Below the pieces are notes generated by a model that saw only the letters and a list, made by a program, of their open reading frames with translations, did not search any database and had not been told where the DNA came from. DNA of 64,000 bases, taken from the NCBI RefSeq assembly GCF_009914755.1, contig NC_060947.1, one strand, 5' to 3'. The translations under genes and the position numbers were made by a program. The number at the start of each line of letters is the position of its first letter. Position 1 is the stretch's first letter. Below are positions 11,413-32,399 of this stretch, piece by piece. The stretch is from the human T2T-CHM13v2.0 reference genome, Homo sapiens.

Positions 11413-11520
11413 GGTTCTCAGTGTCTAAGGAAATTTCTGTCAAATCACTAGCTAAGTTAAGAAAACACAGACTTCAATGACCACAAAACACATAGAGTGC
11501 AGTCTTAAAAAATAGTTTAG

Positions 11521-13201
11521 AGGACGGAGGTGGAGCAAGATGGCTGATTACAACCCTCCACTGATCGTCCCCCTGCAAGGAACACTGAATTGAACAACTA
11601 TCCACGCAAGAAAGCAACTTTATAGGAAAAAAATACTCATGTAAGAGATCAAATTATCTGGTTTCAATATTTAATATAATATCAAGGGAGGAGGCATTGA
11701 AGAGGATAAGAAAGACAGTCTTGCATTGCCTACACCACCCCTTCCCTCTCCCCTAACTGTGCCTTGTGGAGAGAGAGAATCTGTGTGCTTGGAGGAGGGA
11801 GAGCAAGGTGAGTATGGGTCTTTGCATTAGAACTCAGTGGCCCTGTCACAGTGGAACATAATACAAGGCAGAATTCTGCTGGTGCCACGGTGCATCTACA
11901 CCAGCCCAAGGCCAGAGGGTACTTACGCACCCTTGCAAAAAAAAAAAAAAAAAAAAAATGCAAGTCCCAGTCAGCTCCACCATCAGCCAACAAAAGTGGC
12001 CTGGGGCCCCAAATAAACTTAAGTGACTGTCAGGGCACAAAGACTGCAGGCCTTGGGCAAGTCCTGGTGCTGTGCTGGTCTCAAAGGCAGTGGACGTGGA
12101 CTGTGCATGACCCAGTGCAACAGCAGCTATGATGTATAGGGCCTGTGTCACACTTTCCCCAACTCCAGGCAGTGCATCTCAAGGAAGACAGTCCTTCCAC
12201 TTGGGGGAAGGAGAGAGAAGAGTACAGAGGATTTTGTCCTGCAACGTGGATACCAGCTCAGCCACAGTAAAATAAACCACCAAGCAAATTCCTGAGGCGC
12301 CTAATTCCTGGCCCTAGCTCCTGGATGGCATTCCTTGACTCACCCTGGGCCAGTAGGGAATCGCAACCCTGAAAGGAAGGACCCAGTCCTGGCAGGATTC
12401 ACCACCTACTGACTAAAAAGCTCTTGGGCCTTGAATAAACATTAGTGGTAGCTAGGCAATAGATTCCATGGCCCTTGGGCAAGATCCAGTACTGTGCTGG
12501 CTTCAGGTGTGACACAGCACAGTCCTAACCATGGAGGCCATGAGAGTGTTCACATGACCTCTCCCCTAACTCCAGATAGCCCATCATGGAGAGACAGGCT
12601 GCTTCTAATTAATGGAAAGAGAGGGAAAGTAACAGGCTTTGCGGGGTAATCTAGGGAATTCTCTCTTATCTTACTTAAGCCCACCAAGACAGTGCCTCTT
12701 GGGGTCTGCAAGAGTCACATCATTCCCGAGTTTAGTGTGCTCCCAAGTGCTGATACAGCTGCAATGACCCCAGGCTTAAATCACAAGATATATGAGAGAG
12801 AGGACCAACAAAACAACCAGAAAACAAACGACAAAATGGCAGTAAGAAGTTTGTACTATTAATAATAACCTTTAATGTAAATGGACTAAATTTTCCAATA
12901 AAAGATATGGAATGGCTGAATGGATTTAAGAAAACAAGACCCAAATCTATGCTGTCTGTAAGAAATTCACTTCGCCTGTAGAGACACACGTAGAATGAAA
13001 AGAAAAAAAGGATGGAAAAAGATATTCCATGCAAATGGAAACCCAAAACAGAAGGATTAGCTATCTTATATCAGATAAAATAGATTTCAAGACAAAAAAA
13101 AAACTATAAGAAGAGAAACGGAAGGTAATTATATGATAATAAAGGGGTCAGTTCAGCAAGAGGATATTACAATTTTAAATATCTATGCACCTAACACTGG
13201 A

Positions 13202-13232
<31 letters not shown>

Positions 13233-16200
13233 TATATGGCAAATGTTATTAGAGCTAAAGAGCAAGATAGACTCTAATACAATAATAGCTGGGGACAACT
13301 ACTTCCCACTTTCAGCATTGAACAGATCGTCCAGACAGAAAATCAAGAAAGAAACCTCCAAGGTAATCAGCACAATAGACCAACTGGACATAATAGACAT
13401 TTGCAAAATATTTTATCCAACAGCTGGAGAATACACATTCTTCTACTAAGCACATGGAACATTCTCAAGGATAGACCATATGTTAGGCCACAAAGCAAGT
13501 CTCAAAAAATAAAAAAATTACATAAGCTATCTTTTTCTTCCATTCACATGGAATATAACTAGAAATTAATAACAAGAGGAATTTTGGAAGTATACAAACA
13601 CATGAAAATTAAATATGTTCCTGAATGACCATTGGGCCAATAAACAAGTAAAAAGATTTTTAAAAAATTCTTGAAACAAATGAAAATGAACACACAACAT
13701 ATCAAAGCCTATGGGGCAATACAAAGAAGGAAGTTTTTAGCATAAACACCTAGATTGAAAAGGTAGAAAAGCTACAAATAAATAACCTAAGGCTTCATCT
13801 TAAAAACTAGAAAAGGAAGAGCAAAACAAACTCAAAGTTAGTAGAAGAAAGGAAATAATAAAGAGCAGAGCAGAAATAAATGATATTGACACTAAAAAAA
13901 TACAAAAGATCACCAAAATGAAAACTTGTTTTTAAAAAAATAAACAAAATCAACAAATATTTAGCCCAACTAACTTACAAAAAAAGGAAAAATTTCAAAT
14001 GAATAAAATCAGAGATGAAAAAGGAGACATTACAAATAATATCACAGAAACTAAAAGGATTATTAGAGATTATTATGTGCAACTATATGCCAATAAATTG
14101 GAAAACCTAGAAGAAATTGATAAATTCCTAGACATATACAACCTACAAAGATTGAACCATGAAGAAATCCAAAAGCTGAAGAGATCAATAAAAAGTAATG
14201 AGATAGAAGAAGTAATAAAATGTCTTCCATCAAAGAAAAGCTCAGGACCTGATGGCTTCACTGCCGAATTCTATCAAACATTTAAAGAAGAACTAACATC
14301 AATTCTACTGAAACTGTCCCCAAAAAATGCAGAGGGAATACTTCCAAACTCATTCTATGAGGCCAGTATTACACCAATACCAAAACCAGAGGAAGACACA
14401 ACAACAGCAACAAATTGCAGGCCAGCATCACTAATGAACATAGACGCTAAAATCCTCAACAAAATACTAGTAAGCTGAATTAAACAACACATTAAAAAGA
14501 TCACTCATCATGACCAAGAGATGAGTCAGGAATAAAAGGATGTTTCAACATATGCAAACCAATCAGTGTGATACATTATTATCAATAGAATGAAGGACAA
14601 AAACCATATGATCATTTCAAATGATGTCAAAAAAAAGAGCATCCAATAAAATTCAACATCCCTTCATGACAAAAACTCTCAAAATCCGGGTACAGAAAGA
14701 ACATATCTCAACATGATAAAAGCCATATATGACAAACCCACACTAGTATCATACTGAGCAGGGAAAAATGGAAAGTCTTTCCTCTAACATCTGGAACTAA
14801 AGAAGAATGCTCACTTTTGCCACTTTTATTCAACATAGTACTGGAAGTCCTAGCCAGAGCAATTAGACAAGATAAAGAAATAAGGGGCATACAAACTGGA
14901 AAAGAAGAAGTCAAATTATCCTTTTTTGCAGATATAATCTTATATTGTTAAAAACCAAAAGATTCTACCAAAAAAAACCATTATAACTGATTTTTAAAAA
15001 CTCAGTAAAGTTGCCGGATACTAAATCATCATGCAAAAATTAGTAGCATGTTTATATGTCAGCAGTGAACAATCTGAAAAAGAAACAAAGAAAGTATTCC
15101 CATTTACAATAGCTACAAATAAAATAAAATATCTAGAAATAAACAAAAAATGAAAGATATCTACAATGAAAACTGCAAAATGTTGATGTAAGAAATTGTC
15201 AGACAAGAAAATGGAAAGATAGTTCACGGATTTTAGAAGAATCAATACTGTTAAAATGTCCATTCTATGCAAAGCAATCCACAGATTCAATGTAGTCCCT
15301 ATCAAAATGCCAAAGATATTCTTCACAGAAATAGAGAAAATAGTCCTAAATGTATATGGAACCACAACCACCAAGGACCAGGAGAAGTCAAAGTCATCCT
15401 GAGGAAAAAAAAAAAAAAAACCTGGAGAAATCGTATTACCTGACTTTAAATTATACTACAAAGGTATAGTAACTAAAGTAGCATGGCCCTGGGATAAAAA
15501 CAGACATATAGACCAATGGAATAGAATAGATAAATCAGATATAAATCCATGCATTTGTGACCAATTCATTTTTGACAAAGATGACAAGAACATACACTGG
15601 GACAAGGACACCCCTTCAATATATGTTGCTGAGAAAACTGGATATCCAATATGCAGAAGAATGAAATTCAACCCCTGCTTCTCACCATACATAAAAATAA
15701 AATTGGCCAGGCATGGTGGCTCATGCCTGTAATTCAAGTGCTTTGGGAAGCTGAGGCAGGAAGATCGCTTGAGGCCTGGAGTTTGAGACCAGCCTGGGTA
15801 ACATAGTGAGACCCAATCTCTACAAAAAATAATTTTTAAAAAATTATCCAGGCATGGTGGTACATGCCTGTAGTTTCTGCTATTCAGGAGGTTCACTCTT
15901 GTCTAGGAGTTTGAGGTTATAGTGAGCTATGATTGCACCACTGCACTCCAGCCAGGGTGACAGAGTGATACCCTGTCTCTAAAGAAAGAAATCAATCAAT
16001 CAAATCAAAATGGGTTAAAAACTTAAATCTAAGATATGAAACTATAAAACTATTGAAAGAAAACATTAGGGAAACACTCCAGGACATTGGTCTGTGCAAA
16101 GATTTATTGACTAAGACCTCAAAAGCACAGGCAAACAAAGCAAAAATGGACAAATGGAGTCACATAAAGCCAAAAGTCTACATAGCAAAGAAAACAGTCA

Positions 16201-17270
16201 ACAAAGAGGCCACTTGTAGAATAGAAGAAAATATCTGCAAACTACCCATGTGAAAAGAGATTAATAACCAGAATATACAAGGAGCCCAAACAACTCAATA
16301 CCAAAAAAAATCTGATTTATAAATGAACAAAAGATAGGCAATAATGAATGCTGGCAAAGATGTGGAGAAAAGGCAACCCCCATACACTGTTGGTGGAAAG
16401 GTAAATTAGTACAGCCACTATGGAGAACAGTACAAAGATTCCTCAAAAAAATAAAAAGAGAACTATCGTATGACCTAGCAATCCCACTGTTCATTATATA
16501 CCCAAAAGAAAGGAAATCAATCTAACAAAGAGATATCTGCACTGTTATGTTTATTGCAGCTGTATTAACAATAGGCAAAATAGAGAATCAACCTAAAGTC
16601 CATCAATGAATAAATGGGTAAAGGAAATGTGGGACATATATACAATGAAATATTATTTGTCATAAAAAAGAATGAAATCCTGCCATTTGCAAAAACATGG
16701 ATGGAACTGCAGGACATTATTCATTATGTTAAGTGAACTAAGCCAGGCATGAAAAGAAAAACTTTGCATGTTCTCACTCATTTGTGAGAACTAAAAATTA
16801 AAACAATTCAACTCACCAACATAAAGAGTAGAATGAGGGTTATCAGACGCAGGGAAGGGTTGTGGGGGGAAGGATAAAGAGGTAATGGTTATTGAGCACA
16901 AATATACAGTTAGAAGGAACAAGAGGTAGTATTTGATAGTAGAACAGAGTGAATATAGTTAACAATAATTTATCGTGTATTTTTAAATAAAAAAAAGTGA
17001 AATTGGAATGTTCCTAACACAAGGAAATGAAAAATGCTTGAGGTGATGGGTACCCCAATTATGCCATTTGATCAATAGACATTGTATGCCTGCATCAAGA
17101 CATCACATGTACCCCATAAATATGTATAACTATCATGTATCCATAATAATTAATAACAAATTTTATATTTAAAAAACAAAAACATCACATATACTCTATC
17201 AACATATAGAACTATTATGTACCCATAATTATTTCAAATAAAAATTTTAATTATTAAAAAATTAAATAAA
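11521..17270 (+). mobile_element. L1MA-type element (L1MA4/5-like 3' end) with 5' UTR, ORF1 deleted and degenerate ORF2
   Basis: 5' end ggaggtggagcaagatggc. ORF2 relics 13243-13449, 13999-14478 ([36 protein letters not shown]) and 16053-16253. L1MA 3' UTR ggaatgttcctaacaca...catgtaccccataaatatg. Confidence 0.85.
15705..15991 (+). mobile_element. AluJ inserted in L1MA ORF2
   Basis: ggccaggcatggtggctcatgcc...gatcgcttgaggcc...gtgataccctgtctct. Confidence 0.9.
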
Positions 17271-17279
17271 TTGTTTATA

Positions 17280-22435
<5,156 letters not shown>

Positions 22436-22625
22436 AAAACATTTTAAAGGTAACATTAACTAGGGCTTTCTCTATTTCACTTAAAATGCCCAGCATTCAA
22501 ACAGCAATTACCAATAATAAGATAAGACTCAGAAAGGAAAAGAAAATACTAGAAAAAGTCTCAGATGCAATCTATGTACTGTAATAATTGCATGGCCAAT
22601 TAAATAATGATGATTCATTTTTTAA

Positions 22626-24690
<2,065 letters not shown>

Positions 24691-25367
24691 AAAAAATAGA
24701 TATTATAGAATTAAATATGTCATAACTGGATTTCAGGATGTAATAACTGTAACTAATAGTACCGGCCATCAGATACCAGTAAAGATACATATGATTGCAA
24801 CAAAATAATTAACAAACTTAACCTAAATGACATACTTAAAACATAACACCCAAAAGTGCAAGAATTGCATTTTTTGAAATACATATTTAACCTAAACAAA
24901 ATTTACTGTTGAATGGGCCATGAAGCAGACCACACCAATTTCAAATGATTGGAGTCAAAATATATTCTCTGACCACAATTTAATTAAGTTAGAAAAAATT
25001 AATAACAAATAGAAAATCATCTCAATTTGGAAATTAAGCAAATTAATTCTAAATAAACCATGGTGCAAAGAAGAAATCCAAATTAAACCAGAAAACATCT
25101 TGTACTACCTGAAAATGAAAATATAGCAAATCAAAATTTCTGGGATACAACAGAGCCATTATCAGAGAGAAATTTATAGGCTTAGATACATGTATTTGAA
25201 AAGACGGAAGTATATAAATCTGTGATCTAATTATACATCTAAAATAGTAGAATAAAAGCAAGTTAAAACCGAAGAAAGTAGAAAGAACAAAATAACAAAT
25301 ATAAAATCAAAAATCAATGAAATAAAAAATCTGTAATAAAGAGGCCCAGCAAATACAAAAGTTGGTT

Positions 25368-25975
25368 GATTCCTCAGGGATCTAGAGCTAGAAATACCAT
25401 TTGACCCAGCCATCCCATTACTGGGTATATACCCAAAGGATTATAAATCATGATGCTATAAAGGTGCATGCACACGTATGTTTATTGCGGCACTATTCAC
25501 AATAGCAAAGACTTAGAACCAACCCAAATGTCCATCAATGATAGACTGGATTAAGAAAATGTGGCACATATACACCATGGAATACTATGCAGCCATAAAA
25601 AAGGATGAGCTCATGTCCTCTGTAGGCACATGGATGAAGCTGGAAACCATCATTCTCAGCAAACTACCGCAAGGACAAAAAACCAAACACCGCATGCTCT
25701 CACTCATAGGTGGGAATTGAACAATGAGAACACATGGACACAGGAAGGGGAACATCACACACCAGGGTCTGTTGTGGGGTGGGGGGTGCGGGGAGGGATA
25801 GCATTTGGAGATATACCTAATGTTAAATGACGAGTTACTGGGTTCTGCACACCAACATGGCACATGTACACATATGTAACAAACCTGCACGTTGTGCACA
25901 TGTACCCTAAAACTTAAAGTATAATACAAAATAAAATAAAAAATAAATGTAACACACAAAAAAAGAAGAAAAAAG
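25368..25975 (+). mobile_element. L1PA4/5-like 3' fragment
   Basis: ORF2 C-terminus ([22 protein letters not shown]), 3' UTR ggagatatacctaatgttaaatgacgag, and A-tail. Confidence 0.88.
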
Positions 25976-27444
25976 AAAATTAAAAGCCACCAGCAAGCCT
26001 GATGAATAACAAATGAAAAAATGAAAATAACCAAACAACTACTGTTAGGAATGGAAAGGAGGGCATCATTACAGATCCAATAGACACTAAAGAGAAAAGA
26101 GGTATCATATTTTTAAAATGGACTTTATGCCAAAAAACATGAAAATTTAGAAAAACGTATTTCTTTGAAAACATAACTTAAAACTGACAAAAGAAGGTAA
26201 TAAAAACATCCCAATACTCCTATAACTCTTAAAGAAATTGAATCTATCACTAAAGACTTTCCCCCAAAGAAAACTTGAGTCCCAGATGGCATTACCAGTG
26301 AATTCCTCTCAACATTTAAAGAATAAATAGCATCAGTCTTACATAATATCTTCCAGAATGTAAAGAAAAAAAAATAGTTTTTCATCCCAATTCATTTTTC
26401 AAGCTAACATAACCTTAATCCCAAAACCTCACACAAACTTGACAGAAAAAAGAAAACTGACGGCCAATCTCACTTATAAATGTGGGTGCAAAAATTTTAA
26501 AACTCACACATATACACACACATGCATACACATAGTTCCCATCCTGTGTTGCAAAATAACACGAAGAGTAGGATTTATATAAAGAATAAAAGGCTGGTTT
26601 AACACTTGAAAATCAGTCAATGCAGTTCATCATATTAACAGAATAAAGGAGAAAAATATATGATCAACTCAATAGATGTAGAAAAAAAATCTGATAAAAT
26701 TCAATACCCATTAATGATTTTTTAAAAAGTCTTTGCAAACTAAAAATGGAAACTTCTTAATCTGATAAAGGGTATTTTAAAAACTCTATAGTGAAAATCA
26801 TACTTAATGGTGAAATAATGAGAAATTTCCCCCAAGGTCAGGAATGAAATAGAAGATGCCTATGATCTCTGCTTACGTTCAGCATTGTACTAGAGGTCTT
26901 AGGCAATACAATAAGGCAGGAAAAATATGAAATTTGTAAAAACTTAAAATCAAGAAATGAAAATTAAATTATTTGAAAAATTAATGAAACTACAGATAAA
27001 TTAGTAGCATTAATAAATGGATTCATCAGTAACTCTGAGCACAAGATCAATATTCTAAAATTGATTATATTTTAAATACCACAAAAAAATTTAGAAAGTG
27101 ATTTTTTTTACAAAGATACATTTAAAATAGCATCAAATAACACTAAAAAATAAAAACATAATAAATGGACAGATATATCATGTTCCCAAATTAGAACACT
27201 ACAATTTGTAAAAATAATAATTATCCCAAAATTGACCATAGATTTTGTGCAATTGCAAAACAAATTCCAAGAGGTCCTTTACTGTCTGGGAATTGGCAAT
27301 CCGATTCTAAAATTTAGAACGAAAAGGACAAAAGAGGGATTATACTACCAGATTAATTAATTGGTTAACTTTTGGATATCCACATAGAAATGAATAACTC
27401 TTGAATACTACCACACATCATACAAATAAATTAATTATATTGAT

Positions 27445-27714
27445 TGATATGGTTTGGCTCTGTGTCCCCAAACAAATCTCACCTCAATTATAATCCCCAT
27501 AATTCTCACGTGTCAAGGTCGGGACCAGGTGGAGATAGTGGATCCTGTCGCCCTGTGAAAAAGGTGCCTGCTTCTCCTTTACCTTCCACCATGATTGTAA
27601 GTTTCCTGAGGCCTCCCCAGCAATGCGGAACTGTGAGTCAATTAAACCTCTTTCCTTTATAAATTACCCAGTCTTGGGTATTTCTTCATAGCAGAGTGAG
27701 AATGGACTAACACA
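27445..27714 (+). mobile_element. THE1-type MaLR solo LTR, internally deleted
   Basis: tgatatggtttggctctgtgtcccc...ccatgattgtaagtttcctgaggcctcccc...ggactaacaca; TSD ttgat/ctgat. Confidence 0.9.
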
Positions 27715-27729
27715 CTGATATTTACACAT

Positions 27730-27732
<3 letters not shown>

Positions 27733-27764
<32 letters not shown>
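27733..27764. repeat. (CA)n microsatellite
   Basis: Direct reading. Confidence 0.92.
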
Positions 27765-27766
<2 letters not shown>

Positions 27767-27811
27767 GGCACCTATATATACAATTAATATATACCTTTCG
27801 TTATATAGGTA

Positions 27812-28011
27812 CAGTAAGTCCTCACCTTAATGTTGTCAGTAGGTTCTTGGAAACTGCAATTTTCAAGGAAACAACATACTGTAAGCCATAGAAATTTACT
27901 CGTTTATATCAATTAGCTTATGGTAAAATTGGTTTTGTTATATAGTATGCTGTTTCCATGAAAGTCATAGTTTCCAAGAACCTACTGATGCCATTAAGTG
28001 AAGACTTACTG
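27812..28011. mobile_element. Tc1/mariner-Tigger MITE (MER6-family-like)
   Basis: Terminal inverted repeats cagtaagtcctcac.../...gtgaagacttactg extending ~70 bp; TA target duplications at 27810-27811 and 28012-28013. Confidence 0.85.
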
Positions 28012-29360
28012 TATATATATCCTTAAATATATACGTGTGTGTTTGTATAATGTAAAACAATAAAGCTTCTAGAGGATAACATAGGATAATATCTTCATGA
28101 TACTGAGGTAGGCAAGTATTTCTTAAATGGAACTAAAAAGTATTAACCATAAAGTAAAAGTCTGATCAACTAGACTAAATTAAAATTAAGAATATCTGTT
28201 CATCAAAAGACAATACAAATAAGAGTGAAAAGGCAAGCCCCATGGGGTGGGAAAAGATAACATGCAATACATATATTTGACAGAGGACTAGTATTCAGAA
28301 TATAAAGAATTATAAATCAGTAAAAAGCAAATGGTGACAATTGAATAGACTAATGAACAAATTATTTGAATAAACTTTTCAAAAAATGTTTAAGAACATC
28401 CAAATGGCAAATAGCATATGAAATTATGATCAATCTCAAAAGTCATCAGGGAAATGTAAATCTAAATTACTATGATAAGATACCAAAACAAGCATATTAT
28501 AATATCTAAAATTTAAATGTATAACAGTAGTAATTGGTGGGCAGGATGGAGAGCCATAAGATCTTTCATACACTGCCAGTGGATGTGTAAATCTGAACAA
28601 AAACTTTGGAAACTTCTTGGCAGTATCTAATAAGTTGAAAATATGCATACCCTATGACCCCAAAATTCTCATCTTAGTTATACAGACAACAAAATGTGGA
28701 CATGTGTTCAGCAAAAGAAATGTATACAAATGTTTTATTGCAACATTACTTATAATAGTATCAAACGAGATAAAACTTAAATGTCCATCAACAGTAGGAG
28801 GGATATATAATTGTGGTATATTTATAGAAGAGACTACTACATAGCACTAAAAATTAATGAACTATAGCTTTTGCAACAACGTGGATGAATCTCAAAATCA
28901 TGTTGAATAAAACAAGCCATACACAAGAAAGTACATACTGGAGTATAAAGAATATTATTCGACTTATATAAAGTTTAAAAACAAGTGAAACTACTATAAG
29001 AAATCAGGATATTAGTTATCTTTGTGGGGGGAGTATGGACAATGGCCAAGAAAGACATAAAGAGATGGTTCTGGGGTGTTAATTTTTTTTTTATTTTCTG
29101 ACCCTGATAGTGGTTACATTTAACAAAAATTCATTGCGCTGTACAATTAGGATTTTGCATTTTTTCCATATATGCTATACTTCAATTTAGAAAGTTTTCT
29201 TTAAACAAAACATCTATTGAAAAGAAGACCCGAGTAAATGGAAATATAGCACGTTTCTGACTGGAGAGAGCGAAATATTTTATAGATACTAGTGGTTTCA
29301 AGATTTTCTATAATGTAATGTACTTCTAATAAAATTCCCAACACAATATTCTTAAAGATT

Positions 29361-29645
29361 GAGGAAATGTTGCTCAAAGGATACAACATTTCAGTTCAAC
29401 GGTAGGAATGAACTTAAGAGATCTATTATACAACATGGTGACAATAGTCCATGACAATCTATTGTATATTTGAAACTCGCTAGAAGAGTAGATTTCAAGC
29501 AATCTCACCAAAAGGATGTGAGGTAATACATATGTTAATAAATATGTCTATTTAGACATTCCACAATGTATACATATTTCAAAACATCATGTTGTATGCC
29601 ATAAATATGTACATTTTTCATTTGTCAATTAAAATAAATTAAAAA
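29361..29645 (+). mobile_element. L1MA (MA7-9-like) 3' end
   Basis: aaaggatacaacatttcagtt...gagatctattatacaacatggtgac...aaaacatcatgttgta...ttgtcaattaaaataaa. Confidence 0.8.
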
Positions 29646-30439
29646 CTTGTCAAGCTTAAGGTTTATAAGAAAATGCTTGTAATTATATTTTGAAAAATGC
29701 TATGAGAAGATATTTCATCTAATAATGAACAACAAATACTATAAAACTAAAGAAATGAAGCATTGTAGTACTAGAATATTTGTGTGTCATGATGTGTATG
29801 CACCAAAACACTGGTGATAGGTGTTGCCTCCTCACAGGGGAACTTGTTGACACTTGGGCACAAATGGTAAAGAGATTTACTTTTCACTGTAGACATCTTT
29901 GTACTTAATTATGACCCTTGCGCATGAATTAGTTATTTTAACAAACCTGACAAATTTAAAGTTTGGTACTGAGGTAAAAATAGAAAAAGAATAAGTGAAA
30001 TTAAATCAAGGGTTCCAGGAATAGATTCATATGTATACAGGAATTTAGTGTAGGATGAAAGAACAATTTATGACCAATGAGGAAATTATGAAGTATTCAA
30101 TAAGTTGCACTGGACAAATGTATCCTTTTAGAAAATAAAGTTAGGCTTTTATGCACAATGGAATAAAATGCTACTAAATGTGAACAACAAATACTGAATA
30201 TATTAAAATATTTAGGAGCACATTTTTATGAACTTGGGAAAGATGAAGATATTTCTGTACACTTTAATTTTACACTTCTCTGTAACAAAAAAATCAATAA
30301 TGTTTGAGCTAAGCAACAGACTAGGGTTTAGAAGAAAATATCAACATTCCTGATATATGAGGAGCTAATATGAATCAGTAATTAAAACATCAAAGAAAAT
30401 ACAAAATTGAAGAAAGGATGTGGACAAATAATTACCAAG

Positions 30440-30535
30440 GATATTGGTATTACAATTGGATTACAAATGGAATATACAAATGGATAACAAATGTAATATT
30501 ACATTTGGATATTACAAATGGATAACAAATGTAAA
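30440..30535. repeat. Short degenerate tandem repeat (TTACAAATGGA-like units)
   Basis: tattacaattggattacaaatggaatatacaaatggataacaaatgtaatattacatttggatattacaaatggataacaaatg. Confidence 0.7.
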
Positions 30536-30759
30536 AATATATTCAACCTCAATAGCAATCATAAAAATACACACTAAAACAATATTTTAAAACTGTGGGA
30601 AGATAACTAATATATTAATTTGAAAGTTAGCTATTTTAGGGTTGTGGGAAAAGAACATGATTCATAGGGATTGTAATAAGAACAATTTTTGTATTGTGTA
30701 TCTTTATTTTTCATTTTATTTTTGAACTGTGTGATTGAATTAATTTTCTCTAGATCCCA

Positions 30760-31240
30760 GCATTCTCCCAAAATCAAATAATCTTCCATCATTCCCTATC
30801 TCAGTGAACAGTACCATCATCTACCCAACTGCAGAATCAGAAACCGACAAGTCATCTTTCACATCTCCCTTTCCAACAGCCCCCATGTCTATTTCGTCTA
30901 ACTTTTTATCAATTTTACCCCCTAACACCCCCTCAAAAACATTTATTTCTCTTCACATTGTTCACCACAACACTAGTTCAAGCCATTACAAACTCACTCT
31001 TGGCCACTGCTAAAGCCTCAATCACACAATAACTAAGCATCTACTTTGTATATGACACTGTGCTAACTGGTTTTCTGGAATCTACTGTTGTCTCCTTCTA
31101 ATCCATCCTACACAGTAGCCAAGTTTAGCATTTCATAACCTGATTTGTCAGCAGCTCCCCCACCACTTGAAATGCTTCAATGGCTTCAAGAGTAATCTTA
31201 AAAATAATGAAAATTATTAGCATAGGCAAAACTTAACATT
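30760..31240 (+). mobile_element. L2 fragment
   Basis: ttccctatctcagtgaacagtaccatcatctaccca...ccttctaatccatcctacacagtagcc...cttcaatggctt. Confidence 0.65.
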
Positions 31241-31394
31241 GTACATCTAAATGATGTCAGGCCAATTTTCCCCTACCCCACCCCAAAGTAGCTGCCATCA
31301 CCATCGCCAGCTACCCTGGTATAAGCTGTTTTTATCATTCATCTTCACTACTATAATATGCTTTTGGTGTGCCCACAGTGGTTTTATTTAAATG

Positions 31395-32340
31395 TTTTCT
31401 TTGTTTTTACTTTTTGTTTGGCAATAATTTCAAACTTCCAAACGAATTCCAGAAATAGAACATACTCTTTGTCCATATGCACAATTTCTTAACATTTGTC
31501 ACATTGTATCTGTATACTTGCAAATACTTCATTGTATATTTTCTTTTTCTTTTCTTTTTTTTTTTTTTTTTTTTTTTTTACAGGGTGTCATTCTGCCACC
31601 CGGGCTGGAATGAAGTGGCACAATCATGGCTCATTGCAGCCTTGACCTCCCAGGCCCAGGCTCAAGCAACTCTCCCACCTCTGCCTCCTGAGTAGCTGAG
31701 GCTACAATATGCTCCATCATGCTCAGCTAAGGTTTTTTTTTTTGTAGAGACAGAATCTTGTTACGTTGCCTAGGTTGGTATCAAACTCCTGGACTCAAGC
31801 AATTACCTACCTCAGCCTGCCAAAGTGCTGGGATTACAGGTGTAAGCCACCATGCCTGGCTTGTATTTTTCTAAAGAACAATATCACACTTGTATATAAC
31901 CCACTTATATACAATTACCAAAATCAATAAACTTATCATTGATACAACACTGTCATCTAATCTAGAATCCATATGTACGTTTCAACAATTGTCCCAATAA
32001 CGCTCTCTATAGTGATTTTTACCCGTCTAGGTAAATGTGTGATCCAATGTAGGATCACACCTTTGGTTATCATATCTCTTTAGTCTCCTTTAGTCTGGAA
32101 CATTTCCCCAATTTTTCTTTGTCTTTCATGAAAATGAAATTTTTAAAGAGAAAAGATCAGAATGTCCCTCAATCTGAGTTTGCCTGACGTTTTCTCATGA
32201 TTAAACTAGGGTTATGGGTTCGGGGAAAGAACACTATCTAAGTAATATTGTGCCCTTAGTGCATCACATCAGGAGACACATGATTGTTTTTTATGTTGTG
32301 ATGTGATGTTTGATCAGTTGGCTAAAGTGGTGACTTTCAA
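31395..32340 (-). mobile_element. L1MC4/5-like 3' fragment (reverse orientation), split by an Alu
   Basis: ataatttcaaactt...caattgtcccaataa...gtctcctttagtctggaacatttccc...gtgcatcacatcaggagacacatg. Confidence 0.7.
31541..31860 (-). mobile_element. AluJ
   Basis: Poly(T) followed by reverse-complement dimer ending catgcctggc; TSD-like ttgtatattttct / ttgtatttttct. Confidence 0.9.
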
Positions 32341-32399
32341 CTTCTGTCCTGGTTTCTGCTTGTACTCTCGCACCTGGAGGAGAGCTGTCCTTATCTGCT

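Larger units (their letters stand above)
9670..11520 (+). mobile_element. Old L1M segments (ORF2 relic plus L1MB/L1M4-type 5' region), left part
   Basis: Decayed ORF2 motifs at 9700-10090. The 5'-region motif aaggaaatttctgtcaaatcactagct...gacttcaatgaccac ends at 11520 and resumes at ~17280. Confidence 0.65.
24780..29190 (+). mobile_element. Old L1M (L1ME-like) ORF2/3' relic, interrupted by L1PA, THE1 and a MITE
   Basis: atattctctgaccacaat...cccagatggcattaccagtgaattc...ataaaattcaataccca; ORF 28617-28844 (PYDPKILIL, CFIATLLII). Confidence 0.7.
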
